DNA from: Bryobacterales bacterium
GTDB lineage: Bacteria; Acidobacteriota; Terriglobia; Bryobacterales; Bryobacteraceae
DNA: 64,000 nucleotides
Assembly: GCA_963792655.1 (NCBI GenBank)
Contig: CAWBWU010000011.1
Span: 328,938 to 392,937, forward strand
Reading direction: 5' to 3'
In this document: positions 1 through 9,810 of the stretch, one piece after another
Layout: every line of letters starts with the position of its first letter
How positions within the stretch are numbered: position 1 is the stretch's first letter
Program-made: the position numbers and the translations under genes
The notes under the pieces: model-generated
What the model was told of the DNA's origin: nothing
What the model saw: only the letters and a program-made list of their open reading frames with translations
Database searches by the model: none

Positions 1-1
1 T

Positions 2-1057
2 TTGAATGAGCCGAAGAAGAAACAGATGTACGATCAGTACGGTTTCTATTCGGAAAACGGTTTCCCCGGCGGGCAGCCTCCGCCTCCGGGCTATGGCGGT
101 GGCTCGCGATCCCGGCAGTCGGGCCCTGGTTTCGGCGGCTTCGACTTCAGCGAGTTCGCCAAAGAGGCCGAATCGCGCCGGACGACAGGCCGCGAGCAAT
201 CAAGCGGCGGTGGCTTCAGCGATTTCTTCAAAGACTTCCTGAATCGCGATCAGGACGAGACACCTGAAGCGACTCCCGAACGCGGCACCGATCTTGAGTA
301 CGGCCTGAACATCGGTTTCTGGCAGGCGATCCGCGGCACGCAAACCAAGATCACGGTAACGCGTTATGAGACTTGCGCAGTGTGTCATGGGACGGGCGCA
401 ACCTCGAACTCGGGTTCCATGGTGTGCCCGCAATGCAACGGGACCGGCTCGGTTTCGCAGATGGCCGGAGCCATGAAGTTCAATCTCACCTGTCCGAAAT
501 GCGGGGGCAAAGGGCGGCTGCGCAATGCGTGTCCGAACTGCCATGGCGAGGGGCGCATCGCGCACTCGGAAGTTGTCGACGTGCGTATTCCGGCCGGAGC
601 GCAGAACGGCTCGCGCCTGCGTGTTGCAGGCAAGGGCAACGCCGGTACGAACGGCGGCCCGGCAGGCGACCTCTACATCACAACTCGCATTGAAGAGCAT
701 CCGTTCTATCGCCGCGACGGCGACGACATTTTGATTCGCGTGCCGGTGACCGTTACCGAAGCTGGCCTGGGCGCAAAGATCGAAGTCCCGACCGTGCAAG
801 GCAAGACGCTACTCAAAGTGCCGCCCGGGACCGAGAACGGCAAGAAGTTTCGCCTGCGCGAGCGCGGCGTCTTCAACGCCCGCAAAGAACATCGCGGCGA
901 TCAGATTGTTGAAGTGAGCGTGCAGACACCCGTAGTGCAGGACGAACGCACCAAAGAAATTCTGCGCGAGCTCGCGCAGTTGCACCCCGAGGACCCACGC
1001 ACGGCGCTGTGGGCTCAGGATACCGAAGAAGCAGGAGCGAAATCGGATGCGCAGTAA
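2..1057 (+). CDS. dnaJ: Chaperone DnaJ, 5' end cut by window edge
   Basis: Tail of the J domain (KKKQMYDQYG), G/F-rich linker, four zinc-finger repeats CAVCHGTG/CPQCNGTG/CPKCGGKG/CPNCHGEG, C-terminal client-binding domains. Frame is open to base 2. Confidence 0.9.
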   Translation: MNEPKKKQMYDQYGFYSENGFPGGQPPPPGYGGGSRSRQSGPGFGGFDFSEFAKEAESRRTTGREQSSGGGFSDFFKDFLNRDQDETPEATPERGTDLEYGLNIGFWQAIRGTQTKITVTRYETCAVCHGTGATSNSGSMVCPQCNGTGSVSQMAGAMKFNLTCPKCGGKGRLRNACPNCHGEGRIAHSEVVDVRIPAGAQNGSRLRVAGKGNAGTNGGPAGDLYITTRIEEHPFYRRDGDDILIRVPVTVTEAGLGAKIEVPTVQGKTLLKVPPGTENGKKFRLRERGVFNARKEHRGDQIVEVSVQTPVVQDERTKEILRELAQLHPEDPRTALWAQDTEEAGAKSDAQ

Positions 1058-1424
1058 GTCGAAGGCGGCTTATATGATTTCATCCGTAGCGGAGCAGTAC
1101 GAGATTCATCCCCAGACGCTACGGCTCTATGAGCGTGAAGGCCTGCTCAAGCCATCGCGCAGTGACGGCAATACCCGGCTCTATACCGAAGCCGACCTGG
1201 AGCGGCTCGAAGTCATCCTTCACCTCACGCGGGACCTGGGTGTGAATCTCGCCGGCGTCGAAATCATCCTGAATATGCGCGAGAAGATGTCGGAGATGCA
1301 CACGCAGATCGAACAGTTCGTCAGCAGCCTGAATCGCGAACTCTCGAGCCGCCCGCGCACGCCCGCTCCCGCTGACCGCCAGTCGCTGATCCCGGTCATT
1401 CAAGTCCGGCGCCGCGCCGACTAA
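1047..1424 (+). CDS. hspR: MerR-family heat-shock repressor, HspR-like
   Basis: MerR HTH 'ISSVAEQYEIHPQTLRLYEREGLLKPSRSDGNTRLY'. Overlaps the dnaJ stop by 11 nt (classical dnaJ-hspR arrangement). Alternative ATG at 1074. Confidence 0.75.
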   Translation: MRSKSKAAYMISSVAEQYEIHPQTLRLYEREGLLKPSRSDGNTRLYTEADLERLEVILHLTRDLGVNLAGVEIILNMREKMSEMHTQIEQFVSSLNRELSSRPRTPAPADRQSLIPVIQVRRRAD

Positions 1425-1432
1425 AATAAGGA

Positions 1433-2230
1433 ATGCGATACTCCCCTGCTCTGCTGGCGATGCTGTGCGCGCCTGTAGCAGCCCAAACTGTCCAGCAGCC
1501 GGCTCCTCCCAAAGTAGAACACGCGTTGCGCGAGCGCGTTGACCAGTTCTACCGCATGCAGGTAGACCGTAAGCTGCGCGAGTCGGAAAAGCTGATCGCA
1601 CCGGAATCTCGCGACGGTTACTTCGCCGGGGAGAAGCCCGAGATCCTCGACTTCCAGATCCAAGCCATTCAGTGGCGCGATAACTTCACCAAAGCGAACG
1701 TGACGATGGTGAGCAAGATGCACACGCGCCGCGCCATCGGCGGCGAAATGGTCGCGACCGTGCCCTATGCAAGCCACTGGGAACTCATTCACGGTAAGTG
1801 GTTCTGGTTTATTCCGAAAGTGAACGATCGCCAAACCGCGTTCGGCGATATGCACATCGATCAGAAAGAGATCGAGAAGCACCAGTTGGATTTGAAAAAG
1901 ATGATTCAGAGTGGGCCGACCGCGCAGGACGTCATGCGCGCGGTCAAGCTGGATCGGAACTCGATCGTGCTGAGTTCAGCCGAACCGCAAACCATCAAGT
2001 TGATGAATACTCTGAGTGGTCCGGTAGATATTCAGTTAGTAGCGCCACAGAAGAAAGGCTTTGAGGTCTCGATTTCCAAGACGCACTTAGGCGCGCATGA
2101 AGAGGCTGTGATTACGGTTACCCCTGGTAATGGAGAGCAGGTTGATGGAACGATCGGTATTTTGGTGACTCCGATTAATCAGAACCTGACGATTCAGGTG
2201 ACCGTACCTGCGAAGCAGAAGAACTCCTAA
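1433..2230 (+). CDS. Secreted hypothetical protein
   Basis: Signal peptide MRYSPALLAMLCAPVAAQ, AAGGAA RBS upstream, coding-like composition. No family recognised. Confidence 0.6.
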   Translation: MRYSPALLAMLCAPVAAQTVQQPAPPKVEHALRERVDQFYRMQVDRKLRESEKLIAPESRDGYFAGEKPEILDFQIQAIQWRDNFTKANVTMVSKMHTRRAIGGEMVATVPYASHWELIHGKWFWFIPKVNDRQTAFGDMHIDQKEIEKHQLDLKKMIQSGPTAQDVMRAVKLDRNSIVLSSAEPQTIKLMNTLSGPVDIQLVAPQKKGFEVSISKTHLGAHEEAVITVTPGNGEQVDGTIGILVTPINQNLTIQVTVPAKQKNS

Positions 2231-4862
2231 TCAGCTTTGCAATAGAAAAAGGCCAGCGCCCTCTTGCGAGGATGCTGGCCTTTGGTTTTTGCGCGAAGAA
2301 CTACTTGAACGTAGACGATCACGTTCGGCTGGCTCGCGTTCGTGTCGCCGCCAACGGAGAACGAGAGCGACACAGGTCCGCTCTGGATGTTGGTCGGAAC
2401 CACTGCGTTGATCTGATCCGCCCCTGCAACCAGGCCCGGTGCGACTCCCGCATATTGAAGTGCCGCCGGTTGCCCGCCGATCAAGACCGCGACTCCGGGG
2501 AAGTTGGTGGTCGAAGGACCGGTTGGTACTTGCCCGTCTTTGAGGGCGGGCGTAGGAAGACCGACGCCGGTCGCGAAGATCTGAATAACCGAACCCTTGG
2601 CGGCCGGATTGTTCGGTCCGTTCACCGTATAGTCCTGGTTCAAGACAGCCCCTTGGTTGGTTCCGCCGAGCGTGAAGATGCCCGGAGTGAAGCCCTTCAC
2701 CGGCACTACCAACATTGTCGAGGGCTGACCGTTATAAGAAACAACCACCTTCGACGTCGGGCCCTGCACAAAGAACGGGACGACGGCGTTGATCTGCGTT
2801 GCGCTTACATACAGTAGCGGAGCCGCAATGCCATCGAACGTTACGCTTACGCCGGCGAGGCTGGTCGGAACTGCTCCATTAGAATCGAGCGTTGTCACAA
2901 CTCCGGTCGCGGGACCGAGGTTCGTTCCGAAGATGGTCACGATCTCACCATTCGAAATAGCACCGCTGGTGAAAGAAGCAGAGTTCGATATGGACGAAAA
3001 GGCCGGTGTCGGCGGGTTAGCCTGTACTTGGACCTGTCCGTTTGTGGTGGTACCAACCGCGTCAGTCACTTTGAACTGAATCAAGTGAGTCCCAGGCGTT
3101 GTTATATTCACGCTGAGGGCACCCGGACGGGCTCAGAGTGACACCCGACGGTAAGTTGGTGGAGCTGAACGTATATGGAGGCACACCACCGGTGGGCGCG
3201 AGGTTTGTCGTGTAAGGAGTATTGCTGATCGCCACCGGCGGGAAGTTCTGAGTCAGGAAGCTCAAAGGTCCCGACGAGACTGGGATCATCAGCGTGCGCG
3301 TGATTACCTGATTTTGGGAGTCCGTCACCTGAACGCCCACCATGTAGAGACCGGGCAGTGTCGGCGTGCCGGTAAGAGTCCCAGTAGAGCTCAACGTAAG
3401 CCCGGCGGGAAGCGATGTACCCGGCACTAGCGAAAAGGTGTACGAGGGAGCTCCGCCGCTCACCATAATCTGTTGATTGTAAGAGGAGCCAACGACGCCG
3501 GACTGAAGTGTGCTCGTCGAAAATGAGAGTGGCTGGACGACGGTAAGCGTAAGTGGCGGTGACGTTGCTCTGTTCCCGACAGCGTCGGTTGCTACAAATA
3601 TCACCGTGCCGCCGCTCATAGCGTGTAACTGTGCCTTTGATCTCGTAAGTGTCGTTCAACGGATCAGTTGACGTAACGGTAAAGCCAGCAGGAAGTCCGA
3701 TCGGCAACAAAGATGCGTAGGGCGGTACACCGCCTGAGATTCTGACGAACTGATCGAACAGACTGCCAGCCTGTACCAATCCTCCTGAGGGCGGTGTGAC
3801 CACGATTGGCCCGCCCGACACAGACAACGCCGCGGGAGCGACCACGGTCATGTTCTGACTGTCGGTCACCTGCAGGTTGAAAGTGTACAGCCGCGCCATT
3901 GTCGGAAATCCGCTAATCATCCCCGCGGAATTCAGCGTGAGACCTGGAGGCAACGCGGAACCCGAAGGTACCGAGAAAGTATAGGGAGGAGTGCCGCCTG
4001 TCGCGTTCAACTGAGCCTGGAAGGACTGGTTCACGGTAGCGGGCGGAAACGCAGGCGCTTGGAAGACTAGCGGAGCCGGCAAGATGCTGTAGTAGAAAGG
4101 GCCAAAGCTGTTGAAGCCACCTACCTCCAACTGGAACGTCATTGTGTCGTAAGCCGGATTCAACGCGGAGTTCGGCAACAGAAAGATCGGAGTACAGCTT
4201 GCGTACCCGTTGTTGTCGGTGTACACGATATGCTCCGGCCCGACGCCTTCGCGGCAATATCCCTGCTCCACCGGGGTGTTCGGAGGAACAACCACATTGG
4301 TGCGCACGGGAACAATCTTCACGCCGACGTTCGGTATTCCTTGAAACGTATCTTGCGCAATAGCCTGCACCACAATGGTTGCAGAACCCTGCCCCGCTAA
4401 TGCCTGGTACGGTGCGAGTTGCGAGTAGTCCGGCGCGATGCGCTGGAAGTTCACGCCCGGCAGCAGGTTGCCGCCAACGAAGTAGCTGGTTTCGATGAAG
4501 CTCGCGGACGCGCCGTTGTAGCTGGCTACGAAATCGTAGGTAATTAGGTTGGTCGATTGCGTTTGGAGGCCGGGTACGAGCTGCACGCTGGCGATGCCAT
4601 TCGCGTCGGTAACAGGGTTCAGGCTCGTCAACGGCGGCAGGTTCGGACCGTTGCTCGAGAAGATGTTCAAGGTGGCGTTCGGAACGGGAACGCCGTTAGT
4701 AGTGACTTGTAGAAGGATCGGAGCGCTCGATAAACCGAGGTTGGACGGCACGAGTTGGCCGTTACCCTGGAGCACCGTAATGACAGTTTGCGCCGAAGCG
4801 CCCGGCAGCAATGTAAGAGAAAAGAAAGAGGTTAGAAAGACAAAGGATGTACGAAAGAACAC
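2227..4862 (-). pseudogene. Large secreted Ig-like-repeat (He_PIG-type 'PPYTFS...LPxGLTL') adhesin with Soli_cterm-like C-terminal domain; two frame breaks in this sequence
   Basis: ORFs 3108..4862 (signal peptide MFFRTSFVFLTSFFSLTLLPGASAQ), 3062..3619 and 2227..3111 are consecutive parts of one protein. Junctions read GTVT|(A)MSGGTVIF near 3623 and LSPSG|ALSVNITTPG near 3121; each is restored by removing one base. Confidence 0.75.
2248..2290. terminator. Bidirectional Rho-independent terminator between convergent genes
   Basis: Perfect 10-bp stem AAAGGCCAGC (2248-2257) / GCTGGCCTTT (2274-2283) with inner CCTC-TTGC-GAGG. Followed by GGTTTTT on the + strand and by TTTTCTATT on the - strand. 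Confidence 0.7.
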
Positions 4863-4958
4863 GTTTTACTCCCACTCCCGTTGTAGTATACAACACCAAA
4901 AAAAATGGGGGAGGCCGAAGCCTCCCCCATTCTGGTACTACGGATACAAACTGCGGTG

Positions 4959-6629
4959 TTAGTTGTCGAGAGCTTCTACCGTACCGCTCGCGCCCGCAGC
5001 CGATGCTGAGCCACGGATCAGAACGAGAGGCAGATAACCTTCGGACAAGCCCTTGCCAGGACCCATGAAGCCGTCCGTTACGAAGACGAAGCCATGAGCG
5101 TAGTTGAAGGGGCAAACCGCGATGCCGAAGCCCTGGAAGCCAGGAGCGATGGCGGAGATGGTCGTGTGGCCTTCACCAGCGGCCGGAACAACGAGCGTCG
5201 GCGAGGTCGCCGGAGCAGTCGAACCGTAGAGGGTGATGGCGCAAGTGCCGCCCTGCTGGGGGTCACCGAACTTGCCGGTACCCGTGGCAGCGATCGACAT
5301 ACCGGTGTCAAACCCAGCCTGATTGGTCAGGAAGGGGAAGAGCAGGGTCGTCTGGCAACCAGTGGTTCCGAAGAGCTGAACGGTCGTGCCGTTGCCAGCA
5401 CCCGATACGAAGCGGGGAACCAGCGTGCCGGTGAACGAAGTGCGCGGAGCGTAGGAAACCGTCACGGTCGGCGCCGTCAGAGTCGCCGGGTTGTTATTGG
5501 CAGCGGTCGCAGGATAGACCGGTACCAGGAACGTTTCGGTGCTGCTGGGGTCCGTCGTGGTGACGTTGTAGAAGTAGGCCGTACCGGCAACCGCGGTGGT
5601 GACCGGGATCGGAGCAGCGGTGATCGGGTTGGTTCCGATCGTGGCCAGACCAGCGGTGGCAACCGGCGTCGTCGAACCTTCACCCGTTACCAGAACCGCA
5701 GTGCCGACAACAGTGCCGGCGGCATTGGTGCTGAAGATGGTGGTCGGAACGCTCAGGGTCACGCCGGACGGAACGCCCGCGAAGGTAACCGCGAACTGAG
5801 TCGCAGTGTTGGCAACCTGATTGACGGTGGCGCCAGTCGGGGTCGAAGCGGTAATTCCAGGAGCGCCAGGTGCAGGCAGCGCAGCCGGGGGAACGCTACC
5901 GATCGGGTTCGGACCAGATTCAGAGTCGCTCCCCGGAGCCGCCGGAGTTTGAACCTTGAACGCTGTCGGGAAGAGCTCCCCGATCTTTACCGAGCCAGAG
6001 TTGGCAACGCTCGCAACAACCGCGGAACCACCAGCGCACGTGTTGATCGTGCCGGTTACGGGGCCCTGCGTGACTGACAAGCTGTTTGTCACCAAACCAA
6101 CCGTGTAGTTGTTGTTCTGCAGGGGCAGCGCGCCGTTACTGATTGAGACCTGCGCGCTAACCACGCCGAAACCACCGGCCGAAATGCTGACGTTTCCACC
6201 GCTTACGTTGCCGCGGATACCGCTAATCGTGATGATGTCGGTACCGGCGCCAACCGCGATTCCGGTGAAGCGCACGTCGTTCGAGAAAGCGCTCGAACCA
6301 ACAGTGATCGGCGTGCCGGCATACGTGTTCGTCGTCGTCGTGAACAGGGGCGACGTATTGTTTACGGTAACTGCAGCATCGTACGGGTTGATGCGGCTCG
6401 TGATCGGCACGGCGCCAGCATTCAACTGCAGATCGATGTTTACCAGGACGCCAGCGGGCACATTGTTACAAGTGATAACAATGGCGCCGACCAACTCGGT
6501 TGCGCCTTCTGACCGCAACAGCGGGGGCGCACCAGTGGTGCCGGTGCACGAATACGTTTGTGCGCTGGCGGTGATGCCCATGGCGAGCGCTGCGGCAGCA
6601 AGTACTAGACTTTTGCGAAAATCTACCAT
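4959..6629 (-). CDS. Secreted Thr/Ala/Gly/Val-rich surface protein (candidate major surface or S-layer-like protein)
   Basis: Start moved to MVDFRKSLVLAAAALAMGITASAQ (ATG at 6629), preceded by a perfect AAGGAG RBS. 556 aa with very few charged residues. No family recognised. Confidence 0.7.
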   Translation of the reverse strand: MVDFRKSLVLAAAALAMGITASAQTYSCTGTTGAPPLLRSEGATELVGAIVITCNNVPAGVLVNIDLQLNAGAVPITSRINPYDAAVTVNNTSPLFTTTTNTYAGTPITVGSSAFSNDVRFTGIAVGAGTDIITISGIRGNVSGGNVSISAGGFGVVSAQVSISNGALPLQNNNYTVGLVTNSLSVTQGPVTGTINTCAGGSAVVASVANSGSVKIGELFPTAFKVQTPAAPGSDSESGPNPIGSVPPAALPAPGAPGITASTPTGATVNQVANTATQFAVTFAGVPSGVTLSVPTTIFSTNAAGTVVGTAVLVTGEGSTTPVATAGLATIGTNPITAAPIPVTTAVAGTAYFYNVTTTDPSSTETFLVPVYPATAANNNPATLTAPTVTVSYAPRTSFTGTLVPRFVSGAGNGTTVQLFGTTGCQTTLLFPFLTNQAGFDTGMSIAATGTGKFGDPQQGGTCAITLYGSTAPATSPTLVVPAAGEGHTTISAIAPGFQGFGIAVCPFNYAHGFVFVTDGFMGPGKGLSEGYLPLVLIRGSASAAGASGTVEALDN

Positions 6630-6968
6630 TCGTTTCTCCTTAAAAATTTGATGCAAATTGAATCGGTGGAAGTTTTTCAACCCCAGCCTCTACTGCTCAC
6701 GACTACAAATACCTTCTGTACAGCACCGCGAACATTCCGTTTCGGGCGGAACATTCCGCCGGGTATCCGAAAGAGGACGAACCCAGCCCGTACAAAACCC
6801 GCGAGAACTTGAAATACTCGACTTGCCGCAGCCTACCCGGATTGGATACACGGGTAGCCACATAGTCAGACTACGGCAAACTCCATTGTTAACTTAGACT
6901 CCGCGGAGGTGTCAAGCAAATTGTTAGTTCCCAAGCGAACCCGGATAAAGAGTTCACAGCGTTCTGAG

Positions 6969-6996
6969 ATTATCTATACCGGCCCCGGAGTGTCAA
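6969..6996 (-). promoter_or_regulatory. Sigma70-like promoter for the surface-protein gene
   Basis: On the minus strand: TTGACA (6996-6991), 16-nt spacer, GATAAT (6974-6969), with an AT-rich UP-like tract at 6997-7050. Implies a leader of about 330 nt. Confidence 0.45.
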
Positions 6997-7091
6997 TCGA
7001 AAAGCTACATAAATAAACAAAATTTCATCGGAATACGATTTATTTTGTGTAACTTATGTGTGGCTACTCCGACCTGCCGGCGTGCCGGTAT

Positions 7092-7523
7092 TTATGCCGG
7101 AGGCGCTGCTGGCGCCGGGGCAGGTGCGGGCGCTGCAGCCGCTGCCGGTGGCTTGGTCTGCGGCATCGTCGCGCCGTTGTGGCACGTGTAGCAAGTCACG
7201 TGATCGCCCGTCTCGTGTTCACCGACACCTGCGGGGAAGTTGGCGTTTATCTGACGTGTCATCAGGATCATCTTTCGCGCCGTTTCCTTCTCGGGCTTGG
7301 CGTCACTGGCGAAATCGCCCTGCACGTGACATCCGGTGCACTGCACACCAAGAGATGCGCGGAACAGGCCCATCGCGGGACGCACTTCTTCAGGCTTCAA
7401 AATCTTCAGGTTCTTCGGCGCAGGACGCGCCTTTTGGGCGCTGGGCGGCGGTGGCGCCGCGGGTTCCTGACCCATCATCAGCAGTGGCGTGCAAACGAGC
7501 GAGAACAAAACCAGGTATCGCAT
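7092..7523 (-). CDS. Small secreted dihaem c-type cytochrome
   Basis: Two CxxCH motifs (CTGCH, CYTCH), signal peptide MRYLVLFSLVCTPLLMMGQ (start moved to 7523), Pro/Ala-rich tail. Divergent from the ECF sigma gene. Confidence 0.7.
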   Translation of the reverse strand: MRYLVLFSLVCTPLLMMGQEPAAPPPPSAQKARPAPKNLKILKPEEVRPAMGLFRASLGVQCTGCHVQGDFASDAKPEKETARKMILMTRQINANFPAGVGEHETGDHVTCYTCHNGATMPQTKPPAAAAAPAPAPAPAAPPA

Positions 7524-7601
7524 GGGCGCAATGTTACACCATTCATGCACAATCCGGTTGTAACTTTTTATGCGTCTTCCGGTATTCGAGACTGAGACCA
7601 A

Positions 7602-8153
7602 GTGGAGCCCGACACCGACAGCTACCTGATGCAGCAGTTGCAAGCGGGCGAACGCGCTCCGCTCGCAACTTTATTCGAGCGTTATCACGTCAGCATTTTT
7701 CGCTATTTTCTGCACCTGACGGGTAGCAGAACGCAAAGCGAGGACCTCGCACAGGAAGTATTCATGCGGGTTCTGAAGTACGCCCGCAGCTTCGACGCCG
7801 CCCAGAGCTTTCGCACCTGGCTCTATCAAGTGGCGCGCAACACCCATATCGACGCGTTGCGCAAGCGGCGCGATGAAACACCTTTGCCGGACGGCCAGGA
7901 ATTCAGGAGCAGCCAACCTATGCCCGAAGATTTATTCGCACGCGAGCAGGATCTCGCCACTTTGCAACAGGCTCTCGCGCGTTTGCCCGAGAGCAAGCGT
8001 GAAGTGCTGGTGCTCAGCAAGTTCCAGGACATGCGGTACGACGAGATCGCTCGCGTTCTCGATTGCGGCGAAAGCGCCGTAAAGGTACGTGTTTTCCGTG
8101 CCATCCGTGACCTGCGCACGATCTTTCACGAATTGAGAGGAGCCGGGGTATGA
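7602..8153 (+). CDS. ECF-family RNA polymerase sigma factor
   Basis: Sigma70 region 2 (FRYFLHLTGSRTQSEDLAQEVFMRV) and region 4 (REVLVLSKFQDMRYDEIARVLDCGESAVKVRVFRA). GTG start. Confidence 0.9.
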   Translation: MEPDTDSYLMQQLQAGERAPLATLFERYHVSIFRYFLHLTGSRTQSEDLAQEVFMRVLKYARSFDAAQSFRTWLYQVARNTHIDALRKRRDETPLPDGQEFRSSQPMPEDLFAREQDLATLQQALARLPESKREVLVLSKFQDMRYDEIARVLDCGESAVKVRVFRAIRDLRTIFHELRGAGV

Positions 8154-8947
8154 ACTGCCGCGACTATCACGAGCAGGCGCCGGAGTATCTGGCAGGGCTG
8201 CTCGACGGCGTCGCACTCCGCGACTTCGAAGCTCATGTGCGGGAATGCCCCGCTCTCGGTGCCGAAGTCGATGAGATGCGCCAATTCTGGAAGGCGCTCG
8301 ACCAGCTTCCGCAACCAACACCGAGCGCGGCGTTGCGCACTGGCTTCTATCGCAAGCTTGCGGCGCTCGATCGCCCTCGCGCAGCTACGCCATCCCGCTG
8401 GCTACCCGCATGGGGCAACGGGGCTCTTGCCTGGGCTGCCGCGGCCGCATTATTCGTCGCCGGCGTAACGGTTGGCGATTGGCGCGGTTCACAGCGCAAT
8501 GGCGCAAGCACCGAAGTCGCGCAACTGCGCAGCGAGGTGCAGACGATGCGTCAGATGGTCGCGATTGCGCTGCTCGACCGGACGCAGCCGTCAGCAAACT
8601 CGCGCCTCGAAGGGGTCAGTTGGAGCCGTCGTGTCGATTCCGACGATCGCGAAGTGCGCTCCGCACTGCTCTCCACCTTGAACCGTGACCCGAACGTCAA
8701 CGTGCGCCTGTCCGCCGTCGACGCGTTGCAGAAGTTCACGAATGACCGCGCGGTGCGCGCAGCCCTTCAAGACGCGATCGCTACGCAGGATTCGCCGCTG
8801 GTGCAGATCGCACTCATCGACACGCTGGTGCAGGCGCGTGATGGTGAAGCGGCGCTCGGGCTCATGAAGATTGCCGCCGGACAACAGTACGACGCGGCTG
8901 TACGCAAACGCGCCGCTTGGGGCGCCCAACGCCTGCAAGCCCAGTGA
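8150..8947 (+). CDS. Anti-sigma factor: N-terminal zf-HC2-like domain, one TM segment, C-terminal HEAT-like repeats
   Basis: ATGA overlap with the sigma gene. N-terminus CRDYHEQ...EAHVRECPAL, TM segment ALAWAAAAALFVAGVTV, repeats NVNVRLSAVDALQKF / SPLVQIALIDTLVQ. Confidence 0.75.
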   Translation: MNCRDYHEQAPEYLAGLLDGVALRDFEAHVRECPALGAEVDEMRQFWKALDQLPQPTPSAALRTGFYRKLAALDRPRAATPSRWLPAWGNGALAWAAAAALFVAGVTVGDWRGSQRNGASTEVAQLRSEVQTMRQMVAIALLDRTQPSANSRLEGVSWSRRVDSDDREVRSALLSTLNRDPNVNVRLSAVDALQKFTNDRAVRAALQDAIATQDSPLVQIALIDTLVQARDGEAALGLMKIAAGQQYDAAVRKRAAWGAQRLQAQ

Positions 8948-8958
8948 GGAGAACACCC

Positions 8959-9810
8959 ATGACAAAAGTACTTATTGCAGTCTTCTGCGCATCCATCCTG
9001 CTGCCTGCGGCCGATCGGGAGAAGTGGCCGGTGCGCGATCAGGAAACCATTCACAAGACCTTTCACTTCGCGGGCGGCGGGCACCAACGCTTCGTGCTGG
9101 AAAACGTCAGCGGCTATGTGCACGTCACAGCCGGGTCCGGAAGCGATGTGCAGATGCAGGCGCACAAAGTAATTCGTGCCGCCGAAGACAGCGACCTTCA
9201 GGATGCCCGCAAGGAGATCACTCTCGACATTCAGGAGAAGCCGCAGATGATCGCCGTCTACTATGACTCGCCCTGGCGCTGCCGCGATAACGGCCCCTGT
9301 CACGATCACCACCGCAGCTTTTACGAAGTCACTTACGACTTCGACGTGACCGTGCCGCGCGATGTTGAAGTCGTCGTCTCCACTGTGAATCGCGGCGACG
9401 TCACACTGGACGGCGCACAAGGACACTTCGAAGTCTCGAACGTGAATGGCCCGATCACCATCACCAACGTGAACAGCGGCGGTGATGTGCACAGCGTCAA
9501 CGGCAACGTGAATGTCGCGTTCAACCGCAATCCTCGCGAAGCGAGTTCATTTCGCACTGTCAACGGTCAGGTGGACATCACCTTCCAACCGGGCCTCTCG
9601 GCAGATCTGATGATGAAAACTTTCAACGGAAGCATCTTTAGCGATTTCGATGTGCAGCCGCGCGCCGTTCAAACGGTGGCGGAGCAAACCAACGGCAAGT
9701 TCGTTTACCGCAGCAACCGGTTCTCGGCGGCGCGGGTGGGTCAGGGCGGCCCCGAATTGCGATTCGACACGCTCAACGGCAACATCCGCCTGCATCAGGC
9801 GGGGAAATGA
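8959..9810 (+). CDS. DUF4097 ('Toastrack') beta-helix protein, secreted
   Basis: Signal peptide MTKVLIAVFCASILLPAA, GAGGAG RBS, repeated 'VNG.I.I.NV.G.V' strands. Confidence 0.7.
   Translation: MTKVLIAVFCASILLPAADREKWPVRDQETIHKTFHFAGGGHQRFVLENVSGYVHVTAGSGSDVQMQAHKVIRAAEDSDLQDARKEITLDIQEKPQMIAVYYDSPWRCRDNGPCHDHHRSFYEVTYDFDVTVPRDVEVVVSTVNRGDVTLDGAQGHFEVSNVNGPITITNVNSGGDVHSVNGNVNVAFNRNPREASSFRTVNGQVDITFQPGLSADLMMKTFNGSIFSDFDVQPRAVQTVAEQTNGKFVYRSNRFSAARVGQGGPELRFDTLNGNIRLHQAGK

Noticed and set aside
290-300. CTTGAGT half of an HspR HAIR operator
   Set aside because: It lies inside the dnaJ coding sequence and has no inverted partner (ACTCAAG) at N7.
3062-3619. Programmed frameshifting or phase variation in the adhesin gene
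   Set aside because: The break sites (about 3121 and 3623) are not in homopolymers, slippery heptamers or simple repeats. The same kind of break affects housekeeping genes.
7056-7726. Two overlapping + strand ORFs (179 and 222 aa) across the cytochrome gene
   Set aside because: The translations are Arg/Cys/Trp-rich nonsense. The minus-strand reading has a signal peptide and two CxxCH haem motifs.
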